Virus record (IMG/VR): IMGVR_UViG_3300042901_002340 | Length of the DNA: 64,000 bases | Direction: 5' to 3' (one strand) | Source: a virus | Taxonomy: Duplodnaviria; Heunggongvirae; Uroviricota; Caudoviricetes | Part shown: one piece after another, positions 1-8,692 of the stretch | How the letters are laid out: each line of letters opens with the position of its first letter | How positions within the stretch are numbered: the stretch's first letter is position 1 | The notes under the pieces: generated by a model | What the model saw: only the letters and a program-made list of their open reading frames with translations | What the model was told of the DNA's origin: nothing | The model's database searches: none | Made by a program: the position numbers and the translations under genes

Positions 1-13
1 TTCCAGATAGAAA

Positions 14-142
14 TTAAAATATAAGATTATACAGCCAGGAAAATATGTTATATGCTACAATAAACATGACAGCCCACGTTATAATAGCAGTCCAATTTAA
101 GCATCTCATATTCTTTCTCTGACATTCAAATTTCTTTTTCAT
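14..142 (-). CDS. small hydrophobic peptide (42 aa, not in ORF track)
   Basis: Manual translation MKKKFECQRKNMRCLNWTAIITWAVMFIVAYNIFSWLYNLIF; starts 5 nt after the previous stop. Confidence 0.45.
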   Translation of the reverse strand: MKKKFECQRKNMRCLNWTAIITWAVMFIVAYNIFSWLYNLIF

Positions 143-147
143 AATCT

Positions 148-447
148 TTAATCTGTTACGTATTTTAAATCGTATTTTTTAGCTGCAGTTTTAAAGTGAT
201 GTGCAACAAAATCATCTATGGTTTTCCAATCTTCCATATCTCTAGCTTTTTCCCACCACAGACCCCTTATTTCATCAAGATCATCCATAGCACGTGCAAA
301 TTCAAGTACCTCCGTTGTTGATTGCTTAGCTCTATATAGAACCTCCATTGTGTAGTTCCAAACATACATAGAAGCGCTAAGATCCTCGTCCATAGCTTCA
401 CATTCTATTAATGTTTGTCCCTTAGGGTTTCTTAAAAAGTGTATCAT
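148..447 (-). CDS. hypothetical protein
   Basis: ORF coupled to the upstream gene (4-nt overlap). Confidence 0.7.
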   Translation of the reverse strand: MIHFLRNPKGQTLIECEAMDEDLSASMYVWNYTMEVLYRAKQSTTEVLEFARAMDDLDEIRGLWWEKARDMEDWKTIDDFVAHHFKTAAKKYDLKYVTD

Positions 448-788
448 ACTTTATCTATTTTTATTTTTATCCATTCGATATTTTTTCTCATCCATTTCTC
501 AGCATCCATCTCAATTTGTTCCTCGTCAGTATAGACTAACTCAGTATCCATATAATGTAGAATACCACGTGGTCCAGACATCGGCTTTACCTCAACCAGA
601 TCGAGACCAACGGTTTTTGCAAAAACCCTTTGGATTGGGAGGAATAGACTGGTATTACCTGGTTTCCATTCAATCTCAGTAACAGAACTTCTATTTTCTA
701 TATCCGAAAGATGACCCCAGTGACCCATAATCTCCTTATCCCATTTATCCCTGTCTATCTGCTTATTTGGATTCTTTCTCTTTCCCAT
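444..788 (-). CDS. small protein carrying a gp23 major-capsid-like (Gol-region-like) segment
   Basis: SLFLPIQRVFAKTVGLDLVEVKPMSGPRGILHYMD resembles the gp23 motif VRR..PNLIA.DI.GVQPM.GPTG.IF. Confidence 0.65.
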   Translation of the reverse strand: MGKRKNPNKQIDRDKWDKEIMGHWGHLSDIENRSSVTEIEWKPGNTSLFLPIQRVFAKTVGLDLVEVKPMSGPRGILHYMDTELVYTDEEQIEMDAEKWMRKNIEWIKIKIDKV

Positions 789-1173
789 CCACTCTATATT
801 TTTCCTTTACCTTATCGGAGATCGGTATAGGTTCGCCTGTTTCGTCTATCCTGACAAATTTTATATTTGTCGATAGGATTACCGATTGAGTTCCTGAATA
901 AACACTGTGTGCTCTGCACTCTAGGTATATCGTTATAGAGGTATTACCAATTTCAGCAACATTACCATATATCTTTATAAGTTGTCCCTCCTTAGCTGGT
1001 TTCTTAAAGAGACATTTGTCAATCATTATAGTAACCATTCTTGGAGAATCACAGGCTTCCATTGCATAAGCAGCACCAGAGGCATCACACCATGCTAGAA
1101 TTCGTCCACCGAATAAATTACCATGAAATCCAAGGTCAGATTTCTTTACTGGATGTGTCGATATTAGTTCCAT
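763..1173 (-). CDS. hotdog-fold acyl-CoA thioesterase (YciA-like)
   Basis: DLGFHGNLFGG.IL.W.D motif; GNTSITI; FVRIDETG.P. Confidence 0.85.
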   Translation of the reverse strand: MELISTHPVKKSDLGFHGNLFGGRILAWCDASGAAYAMEACDSPRMVTIMIDKCLFKKPAKEGQLIKIYGNVAEIGNTSITIYLECRAHSVYSGTQSVILSTNIKFVRIDETGEPIPISDKVKEKYRVDGKEKESK

Positions 1174-1466
1174 TATTTTATTTTTTGCATGTCAAATATG
1201 AAATTATTCATATTTTTACTGATTATAGTTTTTACCAACTTCTCATTAAAAGATAGGACTTCCTTGGCGTGTTTATATTCCTCACCCGTGACAAGTTTCG
1301 GATTAATACAATCCACTCTGGTATCACCCTGTGTTATGGGATAGATGTAATGTAGAACATCCTCTTGTCCAACTAGAGATTTACTTATTTCTCCCAGAAT
1401 TTCAGCCACTTTTTGCGGGCTAAGCTTACCAACGTTTATATAATGAGCTAGTATAATTTTATCCAT
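1173..1466 (-). CDS. hypothetical protein
   Basis: Coupled ORF. Confidence 0.7.
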   Translation of the reverse strand: MDKIILAHYINVGKLSPQKVAEILGEISKSLVGQEDVLHYIYPITQGDTRVDCINPKLVTGEEYKHAKEVLSFNEKLVKTIISKNMNNFIFDMQKIK

Positions 1467-1975
1467 CAGTTTACCAGATTGCCTTTTCTGACTTTAAATT
1501 TTCTTCTTTCATATATCTTATCGCCAGAAGTGATAATTATTTCATAATCACCGTCACCAATTGATGACCAAGAGTTGGCTATGTAATTTGTTGACATATA
1601 ACTATCATAATAAAAATATGTTATTCTGCAATAACCAAACATTGGACTGTTACTTATCTCATAAGAAACTTCACTATCAGCACAGCTCTCACCTTTTTTT
1701 GCCATATAGTCGCACATTATATCCTGATACATTCTTGCAAAGTCATCCTCAACTCCTCTAAATTGAGCTATACTATCGAAGTTCTCTATTCCAATAGTTA
1801 TTTTTTCACCGACGAGATAAAAATAATAATCATCGGGAAGGTTAAAGTGCATTCCGGTTTTTAGATATCCTGGTTTGGAAATTAGCCCATATTTCTTAAC
1901 ATCTATAGTGCATTTTTTCTGCGCATTGCCAATGAAAGAGATAAAAATAAAAATGAGCAATAGGAATTTTTTCAT
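1466..1975 (-). CDS. exported hypothetical protein
   Basis: Signal peptide MKKFLLLIFIFISFIGNA|Q. Confidence 0.7.
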   Translation of the reverse strand: MKKFLLLIFIFISFIGNAQKKCTIDVKKYGLISKPGYLKTGMHFNLPDDYYFYLVGEKITIGIENFDSIAQFRGVEDDFARMYQDIMCDYMAKKGESCADSEVSYEISNSPMFGYCRITYFYYDSYMSTNYIANSWSSIGDGDYEIIITSGDKIYERRKFKVRKGNLVN

Positions 1976-2005
1976 ATTTCTAACGATTTAATTATAAATT
2001 ATAGA

Positions 2006-2013
2006 CAAATATA
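2006..2013 (-). promoter_or_regulatory. Bacteroidota sigma-70 type -7 promoter element (TATATTTG)
   Basis: TAnnTTTG match with an upstream T-tract and CGA; the same context recurs 5 times upstream of gene starts. Confidence 0.65.
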
Positions 2014-2037
2014 GAAAAGATTTTCGAGAATAAAAAA

Positions 2038-2421
2038 TTATTTCTGATTTTCTTTGAAATTATATTCAAATATCTGACAATCAGGATTTAAAGTTGATAG
2101 ATCCGGATAAATCGTGTCACCCTCACTTTCGTTGTCTATTCTTGATATGTGCAGTTCAGTAAGAAGATGCGCATATTTTTCATATGTCTTTTTACCACCA
2201 ATGCACCAGTCTATACCCTCTGTTAGTATAACACCTCTCTCGTCAACGATCACAGTTCTACCTGGTAAAGGTGGCATTTTTTGAGATGTGTTATAACCAA
2301 CCAAAAGTGTACCTCCATCAGTCATCCTTTTAAAATGTTTAAGATCTTCTGAACATCTCCACGGAAGTGAATCATTTAGACCTATGTAGTTCAATTTGTT
2401 TACTGCTATTATTGCTTTCAT
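2038..2421 (-). CDS. folA: dihydrofolate reductase
   Basis: IIAV...IG...LPW...EDLKHFK..T, PLPGR, IGG motifs; close to thyA. Confidence 0.9.
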   Translation of the reverse strand: MKAIIAVNKLNYIGLNDSLPWRCSEDLKHFKRMTDGGTLLVGYNTSQKMPPLPGRTVIVDERGVILTEGIDWCIGGKKTYEKYAHLLTELHISRIDNESEGDTIYPDLSTLNPDCQIFEYNFKENQK

Positions 2422-2422
2422 T

Positions 2423-2668
2423 TTATTTTATTTTTTTAAATGTTACTCCTTTTATTACTGGGTTTGATTCCAGTTTATTTATTGCTTTGTTCCAATGTTC
2501 GACACTCAAGTTCATAGCCTCGTCTACCTGTCCACCCTCCGCAAATTCTCTAAACAATTTAGCTAGATCTATTGCTGCTGTGTAGTTATCGATGATTGAT
2601 AACATTCCACCATATGGATTGCTATTAGTGCATCTTAGTAGAAGATTTACTGTTTTTGTTAGCGTCAT
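2423..2668 (-). CDS. hypothetical protein
   Basis: Start moved to the ATG at 2668 (MTLTK), directly after the thyA stop. Confidence 0.6.
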   Translation of the reverse strand: MTLTKTVNLLLRCTNSNPYGGMLSIIDNYTAAIDLAKLFREFAEGGQVDEAMNLSVEHWNKAINKLESNPVIKGVTFKKIK

Positions 2669-2669
2669 A

Positions 2670-3959
2670 CTAATTGGAAAGTGGTGCAGAGATAGCTGAG
2701 TGTGATTGGTAGTTTTCAACCTTGAAATCCCCAATCTTTATTGACTCGATCCATTCATTAAAAACTATTTCTGATTGTTTTTCATCATTAGCGTTTTTAT
2801 ACCAATTCGAAAAATTTAATGTCGGCAACAGAAAAGGTTCTCTTGTTCGCTTTGGTATTTTATACGAATCATAATATTCACTTAGTCCCCCACCAAACGG
2901 CATCAGTTCATCAAGTGCTTTATTGTAGTTTTCTTCACCCATCGCTTGTTTTAACAATTCTGTTCTTTCCTCGTGGGTATATTCTCTTCCAATCTGTTCT
3001 TTGGCTTGTTCAATGTGGTTTAGGTATAGGTGGGTATCACCTAAATTACCAATCAACTCATCAGGAACCATATTAACTTCTTTTGCAATAATTTCTAATA
3101 GGAGCCCATAGGAAGCAATATTGAAGGGTAGTCCCAGAAAAGTATCAACACTTCGCTGATTCCAGCTTAGTGATATTTTACGAGTTGGACAACCAAGATC
3201 ATCAAGTTTTTTATTTGTTAGATTCTTGGTATATGAGAGGTCCTTACCAATAAGTTCCGCCCAATGTTGACATCTTTCATCGTTTGACATCTCCGACGTG
3301 TAAACTTGAAATCCATAGTGACAAGGAGGAAGTACCATTTGGTCTAATTCTCCAACATTCCAAGCATTAACCATTAATCGTCTTGAATCTGGATTTGTTT
3401 TAAGGTCGTTGATTAGGTTTGCGATTTGGTCTATTGCATATTCACTATAGACACCATCTATTTTTGTGTTTTGTTCATAACCCACCCATTTTCTCCATTG
3501 CTTACCATAAATAGGACCTAACTCACCCCACCTCTTAGCAAACTCATCATTTGTTTTGATTTTGTTGATGAATTCTTCTTGTGTAAGTGTTAAATACCAA
3601 TCTCCTTCTTTTTCCACACTCATATTAAGATGTCCGTGTTTTTCATGAAGATAGTCAGGTTTTTCATACATAACTACATTCAAATAATTCTTATAAGCAT
3701 CACCATCCCAAATATGACAATTATTATCAACCAAAAACTTAATATTGGTATCACCTCGTAAGAACCAAAGAAGTTCTGTTACGATCAAATCGAACTTTAT
3801 GTGTTTCGAAGTTAGCAACGGAAACCCAGTACTCATTTTATGACGTATTTGACGCCCAAATACACTAATAGTCCCGGTTCCTGTTCTGTCTTGTTTTGTT
3901 ACTCCGTTGTCAAGAATGTCTTGGAGGAGGTCAGTGTATTGTTTATCTAGATTGTTCAT
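2670..3959 (-). CDS. thyA: thymidylate synthase with in-frame insertions
   Basis: DRTGTGT, ELLWFL.GDTN, GPIYGKQWR, PDSRR, LPPCH, QRSVD.FLGLPFNIASY, DTHLY.NH. Confidence 0.97.
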   Translation of the reverse strand: MNNLDKQYTDLLQDILDNGVTKQDRTGTGTISVFGRQIRHKMSTGFPLLTSKHIKFDLIVTELLWFLRGDTNIKFLVDNNCHIWDGDAYKNYLNVVMYEKPDYLHEKHGHLNMSVEKEGDWYLTLTQEEFINKIKTNDEFAKRWGELGPIYGKQWRKWVGYEQNTKIDGVYSEYAIDQIANLINDLKTNPDSRRLMVNAWNVGELDQMVLPPCHYGFQVYTSEMSNDERCQHWAELIGKDLSYTKNLTNKKLDDLGCPTRKISLSWNQRSVDTFLGLPFNIASYGLLLEIIAKEVNMVPDELIGNLGDTHLYLNHIEQAKEQIGREYTHEERTELLKQAMGEENYNKALDELMPFGGGLSEYYDSYKIPKRTREPFLLPTLNFSNWYKNANDEKQSEIVFNEWIESIKIGDFKVENYQSHSAISAPLSN

Positions 3960-3960
3960 T

Positions 3961-4128
3961 TTATACAGTTTTATTCAGATTATCCACTACTTCACCTAAT
4001 ATTTCGAATACATGTGTTGGAAGATTTTGATGTTGTTCTTTAAGATACTCTAATAGATCTTTTAGTATTCTCGCATTTGATAGATTCTCCTGGAGTAAGT
4101 CTGTGTATTGTTTATCTAATTTATTCAT
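3961..4128 (-). CDS. 55-aa chimeric ORF beginning with the first 13 aa of ThyA
   Basis: [13 protein letters not shown] followed by unrelated ENLSNARILKDLLEYL...; manual translation. Confidence 0.55.
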   Translation of the reverse strand: MNKLDKQYTDLLQENLSNARILKDLLEYLKEQHQNLPTHVFEILGEVVDNLNKTV

Positions 4129-4270
4129 ATTTCAAAATATCTACGTAATAATTATTGGTGTCATAACCATATTTAATTCTGCTTTGTTCTGCCTCTTCTT
4201 TAGTTTTAAAAGGAGCCAAGATTACATTATGTTCTTTACTCCCGTGTGCTGGTAAGTAAAGGAAACCCAT
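4121..4270 (-). CDS. 49-aa hypothetical ORF
   Basis: [29 protein letters not shown]...; overlaps the thyA fragment in another frame. Confidence 0.4.
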   Translation of the reverse strand: MGFLYLPAHGSKEHNVILAPFKTKEEAEQSRIKYGYDTNNYYVDILKYE

Positions 4271-4400
4271 CTTTCATATTATGTCGGATGGTATAACCAA
4301 AAATACTTCTTGTTCCTGTACCTGTACGGTCTTGTTTTGTAACACCATGTTCCAATATTGTTGCAAGAATATCCGTGTATTGTTTATCTAGTTTGTTCAT
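4236..4400 (-). pseudogene. truncated, diverged copy of the thyA 5' end (54 aa)
   Basis: [51 protein letters not shown] then TRE-stop. Confidence 0.85.
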
Positions 4401-4629
4401 TGTATTTTTTTATAAACCATTGAATTCTTGTTATTCTATAAAGATAATACAGGATTATACTCTTTTTGTTTCTTGTCCATACCCTTCTGGTACCATCCTT
4501 ATCAGAAAGCATCATATATGGGGTTGTTACTAGAACATAGGAGGAACGTAGTACTCTGGTCTTTGCTTCAACCGTCTTAGTTTCAATTTTTAAATTAATC
4601 TCTGGTATTTTATTCCCCGCATTATTCAT
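4384..4629 (-). CDS. small protein carrying a second gp23 capsid-like segment
   Basis: [24 protein letters not shown] resembles the gp23 motif E..F.I.K..V.AK(S/T)R.LKA.(Y/W). Confidence 0.55.
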   Translation of the reverse strand: MNNAGNKIPEINLKIETKTVEAKTRVLRSSYVLVTTPYMMLSDKDGTRRVWTRNKKSIILYYLYRITRIQWFIKKYNEQTR

Positions 4630-4822
4630 ATTTTCTAAATATTACTACAGCCATAAGAAGCTTCTTTGGGCCATATGGATCATTACTAAAAAGTGTTGGT
4701 TCTATTAAGTGAACATCCCAGCCATCTTCCGCTTCAAGTCTCAAATAGTCAGCGAATGTCTCAGGATTTGTGTCTTGGTAATCAACTTGCCATGTAACTA
4801 TTTTTTGCTCTCTGGTTCCCAT
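4622..4822 (-). CDS. hypothetical protein
   Basis: Coupled ORF. Confidence 0.65.
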   Translation of the reverse strand: MGTREQKIVTWQVDYQDTNPETFADYLRLEAEDGWDVHLIEPTLFSNDPYGPKKLLMAVVIFRKYE

Positions 4823-5061
4823 TTTATTCCGGTTTTAATTGGTATTAATATAGCTTCCAGAGTTGCTTCAAATGCTGAGGATCTAAATATATTAGACTTA
4901 GTTTCATTAGCAGCCCCTTCGAATAATTCAATTGCAGTATCAATTCCTCTATATTGATAGATTAGCTTACCTGCGGAGGGCACAGTAATTGGCTTTGCCA
5001 ATTTGTGTTCCTCGCAGATACCATCAATTGTTTCCTTTATTCTATCCTCGTACGTTTTCAT
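4798..5061 (-). CDS. hypothetical protein
   Basis: Coupled ORF. Confidence 0.65.
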   Translation of the reverse strand: MKTYEDRIKETIDGICEEHKLAKPITVPSAGKLIYQYRGIDTAIELFEGAANETKSNIFRSSAFEATLEAILIPIKTGIKWEPESKK

Positions 5062-5063
5062 TT

Positions 5064-5336
5064 CTAGTCTTGTATTGTTCTAGGAGAGCATCCTAGATTT
5101 ATTGAATTAGTTATCATTTGTTTGGATAACTTTGTTAACCTTTTACCTTTCAAATTTGACCCCATTATGCAATCGTAATCAGACTTACTTATTGAATAGT
5201 CCATGAAATTTATCTCCTTCTGCCCTCTTTCATTTACTGTGGAGTTTTTTACCAACTCTTCAAAATCAGCAGATGGTGTTGCTGCTTTAAATAGATCAAT
5301 ATAGATCTGCCACATTATCTTTTCTTGCTTGGACAT
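5064..5336 (-). CDS. hypothetical protein
   Basis: ORF in gene run. Confidence 0.7.
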   Translation of the reverse strand: MSKQEKIMWQIYIDLFKAATPSADFEELVKNSTVNERGQKEINFMDYSISKSDYDCIMGSNLKGKRLTKLSKQMITNSINLGCSPRTIQD

Positions 5337-5342
5337 GTCAAA

Positions 5343-5702
5343 CTATTTTAAATCAAATATATCTAGATTTTTAGGAACGTAGCCAAATCTAAAATTATTT
5401 TCGTTATATGTTGCATCAGTAACTATTATACCGTCGGATGCATTAATTGCATCAACATCAATACCATTTCTAGTATTAACTGAAAGTGTTACCATCTTGT
5501 TGTTCTCGTAGGATAATCTCGATCCGTACTTATCAGTTATTAATTCCAACTGATCAGGTTCACCTAGTGATCCAACTAGACATCTTCTGCTTATTGACCA
5601 CAAACAAATCGATGGATTTTTTGTAACCCGTATCTTTTCAGGATTCACCCCAATATCGACGTACTTCTTTATAAGAGCATCATTATTTTCTTCCATCTTC
5701 AA
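5343..5702 (-). CDS. hypothetical protein
   Basis: ORF in gene run; start may be the second Met. Confidence 0.65.
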   Translation of the reverse strand: MKMEENNDALIKKYVDIGVNPEKIRVTKNPSICLWSISRRCLVGSLGEPDQLELITDKYGSRLSYENNKMVTLSVNTRNGIDVDAINASDGIIVTDATYNENNFRFGYVPKNLDIFDLK

Positions 5703-6021
5703 GTTTTTTTAAATCATCTTCTAATCTACTCATGAATGATTCATCCCCATCATCTCCTGATAGCAGCCAGTCAAGTCTTTGCATATAGATCTGTGCAATT
5801 TCTATATGCTTAAGACCTTCCTTGAACTTTTCTAACATCTCGTCGGAATACTTATAATGAAATCTATCATCAGGATATTTTTCCAGCCACTCCTCACTCA
5901 CATAGCTATATTTTAGCTCATCCTGGGTTTTTTCCTTGCCGTTCTGCTCTATAAGTTTTCTAATGTCATCCGCAACATCAGTAAATCTATATTGGAGATA
6001 TTCCCAGTGTCCTCCACTCAT
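5683..6021 (-). CDS. hypothetical phage protein (MSGG.W.Y.Q type)
   Basis: MSGGHWEYLQY ... DWLLSGDDG pattern. Confidence 0.75.
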   Translation of the reverse strand: MSGGHWEYLQYRFTDVADDIRKLIEQNGKEKTQDELKYSYVSEEWLEKYPDDRFHYKYSDEMLEKFKEGLKHIEIAQIYMQRLDWLLSGDDGDESFMSRLEDDLKKLEDGRK

Positions 6022-6027
6022 ATCTTC

Positions 6028-6459
6028 TTATATTTCGGAGATTGATACTATCCTATCTCCCGGCTGGATCTGATCAATAACCTCCAGTCCTTCCGTTACT
6101 CTACCGAAGCATGTGTGGTTACCATCCAAGTGAGCTGTGTTTTGTCTGCTGTGACAAATAAAGAACTGAGATCCACCGGTGTTTCTTCCAGCGTGTGCCA
6201 TAGAGAGAACCCCTCTGTCGTGGAATTGATTTGGTGCTGTTACCTCACAAGGGATATTGTAACCTGGTCCACCTTGTCCAGTACCTGTTGGACATCCACC
6301 TTGAATAACAAAATTAGGAATAACTCTATGGAAGTTTAATCCATTATAGAATCCTTGATTAACTAACTTTAAAAAGTTACCGGTTGTGATTGGTGTGTCG
6401 TTATCATATAGATCCACGATCATATCACCTTTGTCTGTTGAAATTTTTACTTTACTCAT
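6028..6459 (-). CDS. cyclophilin-type peptidyl-prolyl isomerase
   Basis: FHRVIPNFVIQGG, LSMAHAGRNTGGSQFFI, HLDG.HT.FG. Confidence 0.95.
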   Translation of the reverse strand: MSKVKISTDKGDMIVDLYDNDTPITTGNFLKLVNQGFYNGLNFHRVIPNFVIQGGCPTGTGQGGPGYNIPCEVTAPNQFHDRGVLSMAHAGRNTGGSQFFICHSRQNTAHLDGNHTCFGRVTEGLEVIDQIQPGDRIVSISEI

Positions 6460-6476
6460 TTTATTTGTTTATTTAA

Positions 6477-6761
6477 TTATTCTTCCTCACTTTCAAATTC
6501 ATCACCCGATTTGGAATCCTTATTGATCTCCAATTGACCACAAATTTCAAAAAGAGGTTCGAATTTTACATCATAATTCTGTGTCCATCCATTATCTTTA
6601 TCATAAATGTAGTTCTCAACACCTTTAGAGTTTTCGTGATATCTGAAGGTAACCATCTCACCATCAACTTCCGCTTCACCCTGAATCGTCTCCGCCCACC
6701 ATACCACGTCAACGTCTGTAAGTAATTTAATTTTTGCCATTTTTATTTCTTTTATAGTCAA
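6477..6761 (-). CDS. hypothetical protein
   Basis: ORF in gene run; likely start at the internal MAKIK. Confidence 0.65.
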   Translation of the reverse strand: MTIKEIKMAKIKLLTDVDVVWWAETIQGEAEVDGEMVTFRYHENSKGVENYIYDKDNGWTQNYDVKFEPLFEICGQLEINKDSKSGDEFESEEE

Positions 6762-6915
6762 TAATAATTGTCCACTTTGGCCAATTTGAATTCTCTTTGT
6801 TTTCTATTTTTTGAGAACCTATAAACTCATACCCCGATTGGGTATTGACAACTGTTTGCCAATCGAAGTTGTGATTATTCTCTCTAAAACTCACTCTTAC
6901 TGTCTCCTTATTCAT
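6727..6915 (-). CDS. hypothetical protein
   Basis: Coupled ORF. Confidence 0.6.
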   Translation of the reverse strand: MNKETVRVSFRENNHNFDWQTVVNTQSGYEFIGSQKIENKENSNWPKWTIIIDYKRNKNGKN

Positions 6916-7396
6916 TCTTCAAAGCCTCCATAAATCTAATCATTTCACCAATATCCCTATACGAATCAATAACATCATCCTTATACTTAACGCATAAAAC
7001 TGGTGGCATGCTCTTTTCTGCTATTAATTGGATGCTTTCTATGGAATGCCTGCTAAGATCATCCTCAGTTAAACCTGAAGTAAGATCAGATAATCTTTTG
7101 GTGACAACCTGAAGATCAACTATACCAATGAATAAATCTAGTTTATCTTTTCTTGGTTTAGCATCATCATTCCAGTCAGTGTATCTGTACTCCTTACCAT
7201 AACTGGTTGTCACTGAAAAATCACCCCTAGTAAATTCAAAGATCTCTAGAGAATCCCATTCGGCAATGATTTCCAAATGTTCATCCACAATAATGAAATT
7301 GTCACCATCCTCTTTTTTGTATGCTCTTACAGCATCTCCCTCGAAGTTTAATAGACCTAAATAAGGTAGTAGTCGGTCTTTTTTTGATATTTTCAT
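6908..7396 (-). CDS. hypothetical protein
   Basis: Coupled ORF. Confidence 0.7.
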   Translation of the reverse strand: MKISKKDRLLPYLGLLNFEGDAVRAYKKEDGDNFIIVDEHLEIIAEWDSLEIFEFTRGDFSVTTSYGKEYRYTDWNDDAKPRKDKLDLFIGIVDLQVVTKRLSDLTSGLTEDDLSRHSIESIQLIAEKSMPPVLCVKYKDDVIDSYRDIGEMIRFMEALKNE

Positions 7397-7644
7397 AATT
7401 CTAAATAATACATTGATTCCCTTTTACTATAACATCCACCATCTCTGCCGTCATACCATTCACCGTCGCCGATATGATAAATTGGAAATTTCTCCCCAGT
7501 CATCTCATCGAATCTCCAATCAACTTTGCCGATTGTTACGATATCAGCATTCTGCTGGGCTATCGATGTGTATCCATCCAAGAAGACTTTATCACCAACA
7601 TTTCTTAGTGGTTTAGTTGTTTCCATTGTGATCGATTTTAACAC
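7393..7644 (-). CDS. hypothetical protein
   Basis: Coupled ORF; likely start at METTK. Confidence 0.65.
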   Translation of the reverse strand: MLKSITMETTKPLRNVGDKVFLDGYTSIAQQNADIVTIGKVDWRFDEMTGEKFPIYHIGDGEWYDGRDGGCYSKRESMYYLEL

Positions 7645-8056
7645 CGTGGACCATATAATGAATCATATCTATAACTCTATCAGCAATAATTGCCGACTGT
7701 CTATGCTCTATTATACTATTAACGTGTGTGAAGTTTTCTTTTATGTGGGAAGCTAATTCTTTCTTAAGCTTCTTAGGTTTTATCTCAGAGAAATTCTTAT
7801 TCAGATCAGTGTTTCTGAATATTGGCAACCTTATTAGTTTGCAGTTTTGCGGGTTCCCGTTATATATAAAAACCGGCTCAACCTTGAGCACATCAAGTCC
7901 AAGCTCCTCTGGATCTATATCATATCTCCAAGGTTTATTAGTTTCAGTTATTTCGGAGGTGTGCTCATTTTTGTAGTTTTCGAAACCCTCTGCAAGATCG
8001 GGATCATTCCAAATTGATTTTTCACCTAATTTTTCCTTGATAATTTCACTGTTCAT
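7613..8056 (-). CDS. hypothetical protein
   Basis: First ORF of run after an AT-rich intergenic gap. Confidence 0.7.
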   Translation of the reverse strand: MNSEIIKEKLGEKSIWNDPDLAEGFENYKNEHTSEITETNKPWRYDIDPEELGLDVLKVEPVFIYNGNPQNCKLIRLPIFRNTDLNKNFSEIKPKKLKKELASHIKENFTHVNSIIEHRQSAIIADRVIDMIHYMVHGVKIDHNGNN

Positions 8057-8184
8057 ATATTTTATTTTTATAGATATACTCTCATTAATACTTAATTCAT
8101 TGTTTATTTAATCGTATATGGCTTAAAAATCATTTAGATTGAAAAGATACACATAAAAAATAAAGTCGCTTAAATAAGCTTATT

Positions 8185-8481
8185 TTAGTTCATATCAGGA
8201 CCCTCGTAATCCCATTCACAACATGGCCATTCCCTTCCCTTGCTGTCTATTGTACACCAGTGGGTTTTTCCGTCATCCAGCCATTTCCAATCAACATTTT
8301 CGACACCTTCCAAATATGGTGCATCTGGTTCCTTTAATGGAGGATGATATGCATCAGGACTGACATACCTGTGATTACAGCTACATCCTCTAGTTACGTG
8401 CTCATCACATCTTTGATAATCTCCAGGCATATAAAACCACACCGCGGGAGAATCACAATGATCACACTTTTCTATTTCCAT
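8185..8481 (-). CDS. Cys-rich hypothetical protein
   Basis: CDHC, CDEH..RGCSCN, WPCCEW. Confidence 0.7.
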   Translation of the reverse strand: MEIEKCDHCDSPAVWFYMPGDYQRCDEHVTRGCSCNHRYVSPDAYHPPLKEPDAPYLEGVENVDWKWLDDGKTHWCTIDSKGREWPCCEWDYEGPDMN

Positions 8482-8689
8482 CTACTCCGTCTTTAAAATC
8501 AATAAGTCTGTAAAGCATTCCCCTAATATTTTTTCCAAGTTCCATATCATTAGAGATCGAATCTATGTACTCTTTTGACAATTCTAAAATAATCAAATCG
8601 TCGGAGGACTTAATCGACGAATTAAAAAGATCTGGTGAGCATGATTTATAGGCTCTTCCCTCACTATCATGTGTAATATTACTTTCCAT
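8462..8689 (-). CDS. hypothetical protein
   Basis: Coupled ORF. Confidence 0.6.
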   Translation of the reverse strand: MESNITHDSEGRAYKSCSPDLFNSSIKSSDDLIILELSKEYIDSISNDMELGKNIRGMLYRLIDFKDGVDGNRKV

Positions 8690-8692
8690 TTT

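Noticed and set aside
3921-4400. Three ~29-nt repeats as a CRISPR array
   Set aside because: Spacing is 169 and 272 nt, the repeats are degenerate at codon third positions and encode the ThyA N-terminus, and no cas genes are present.
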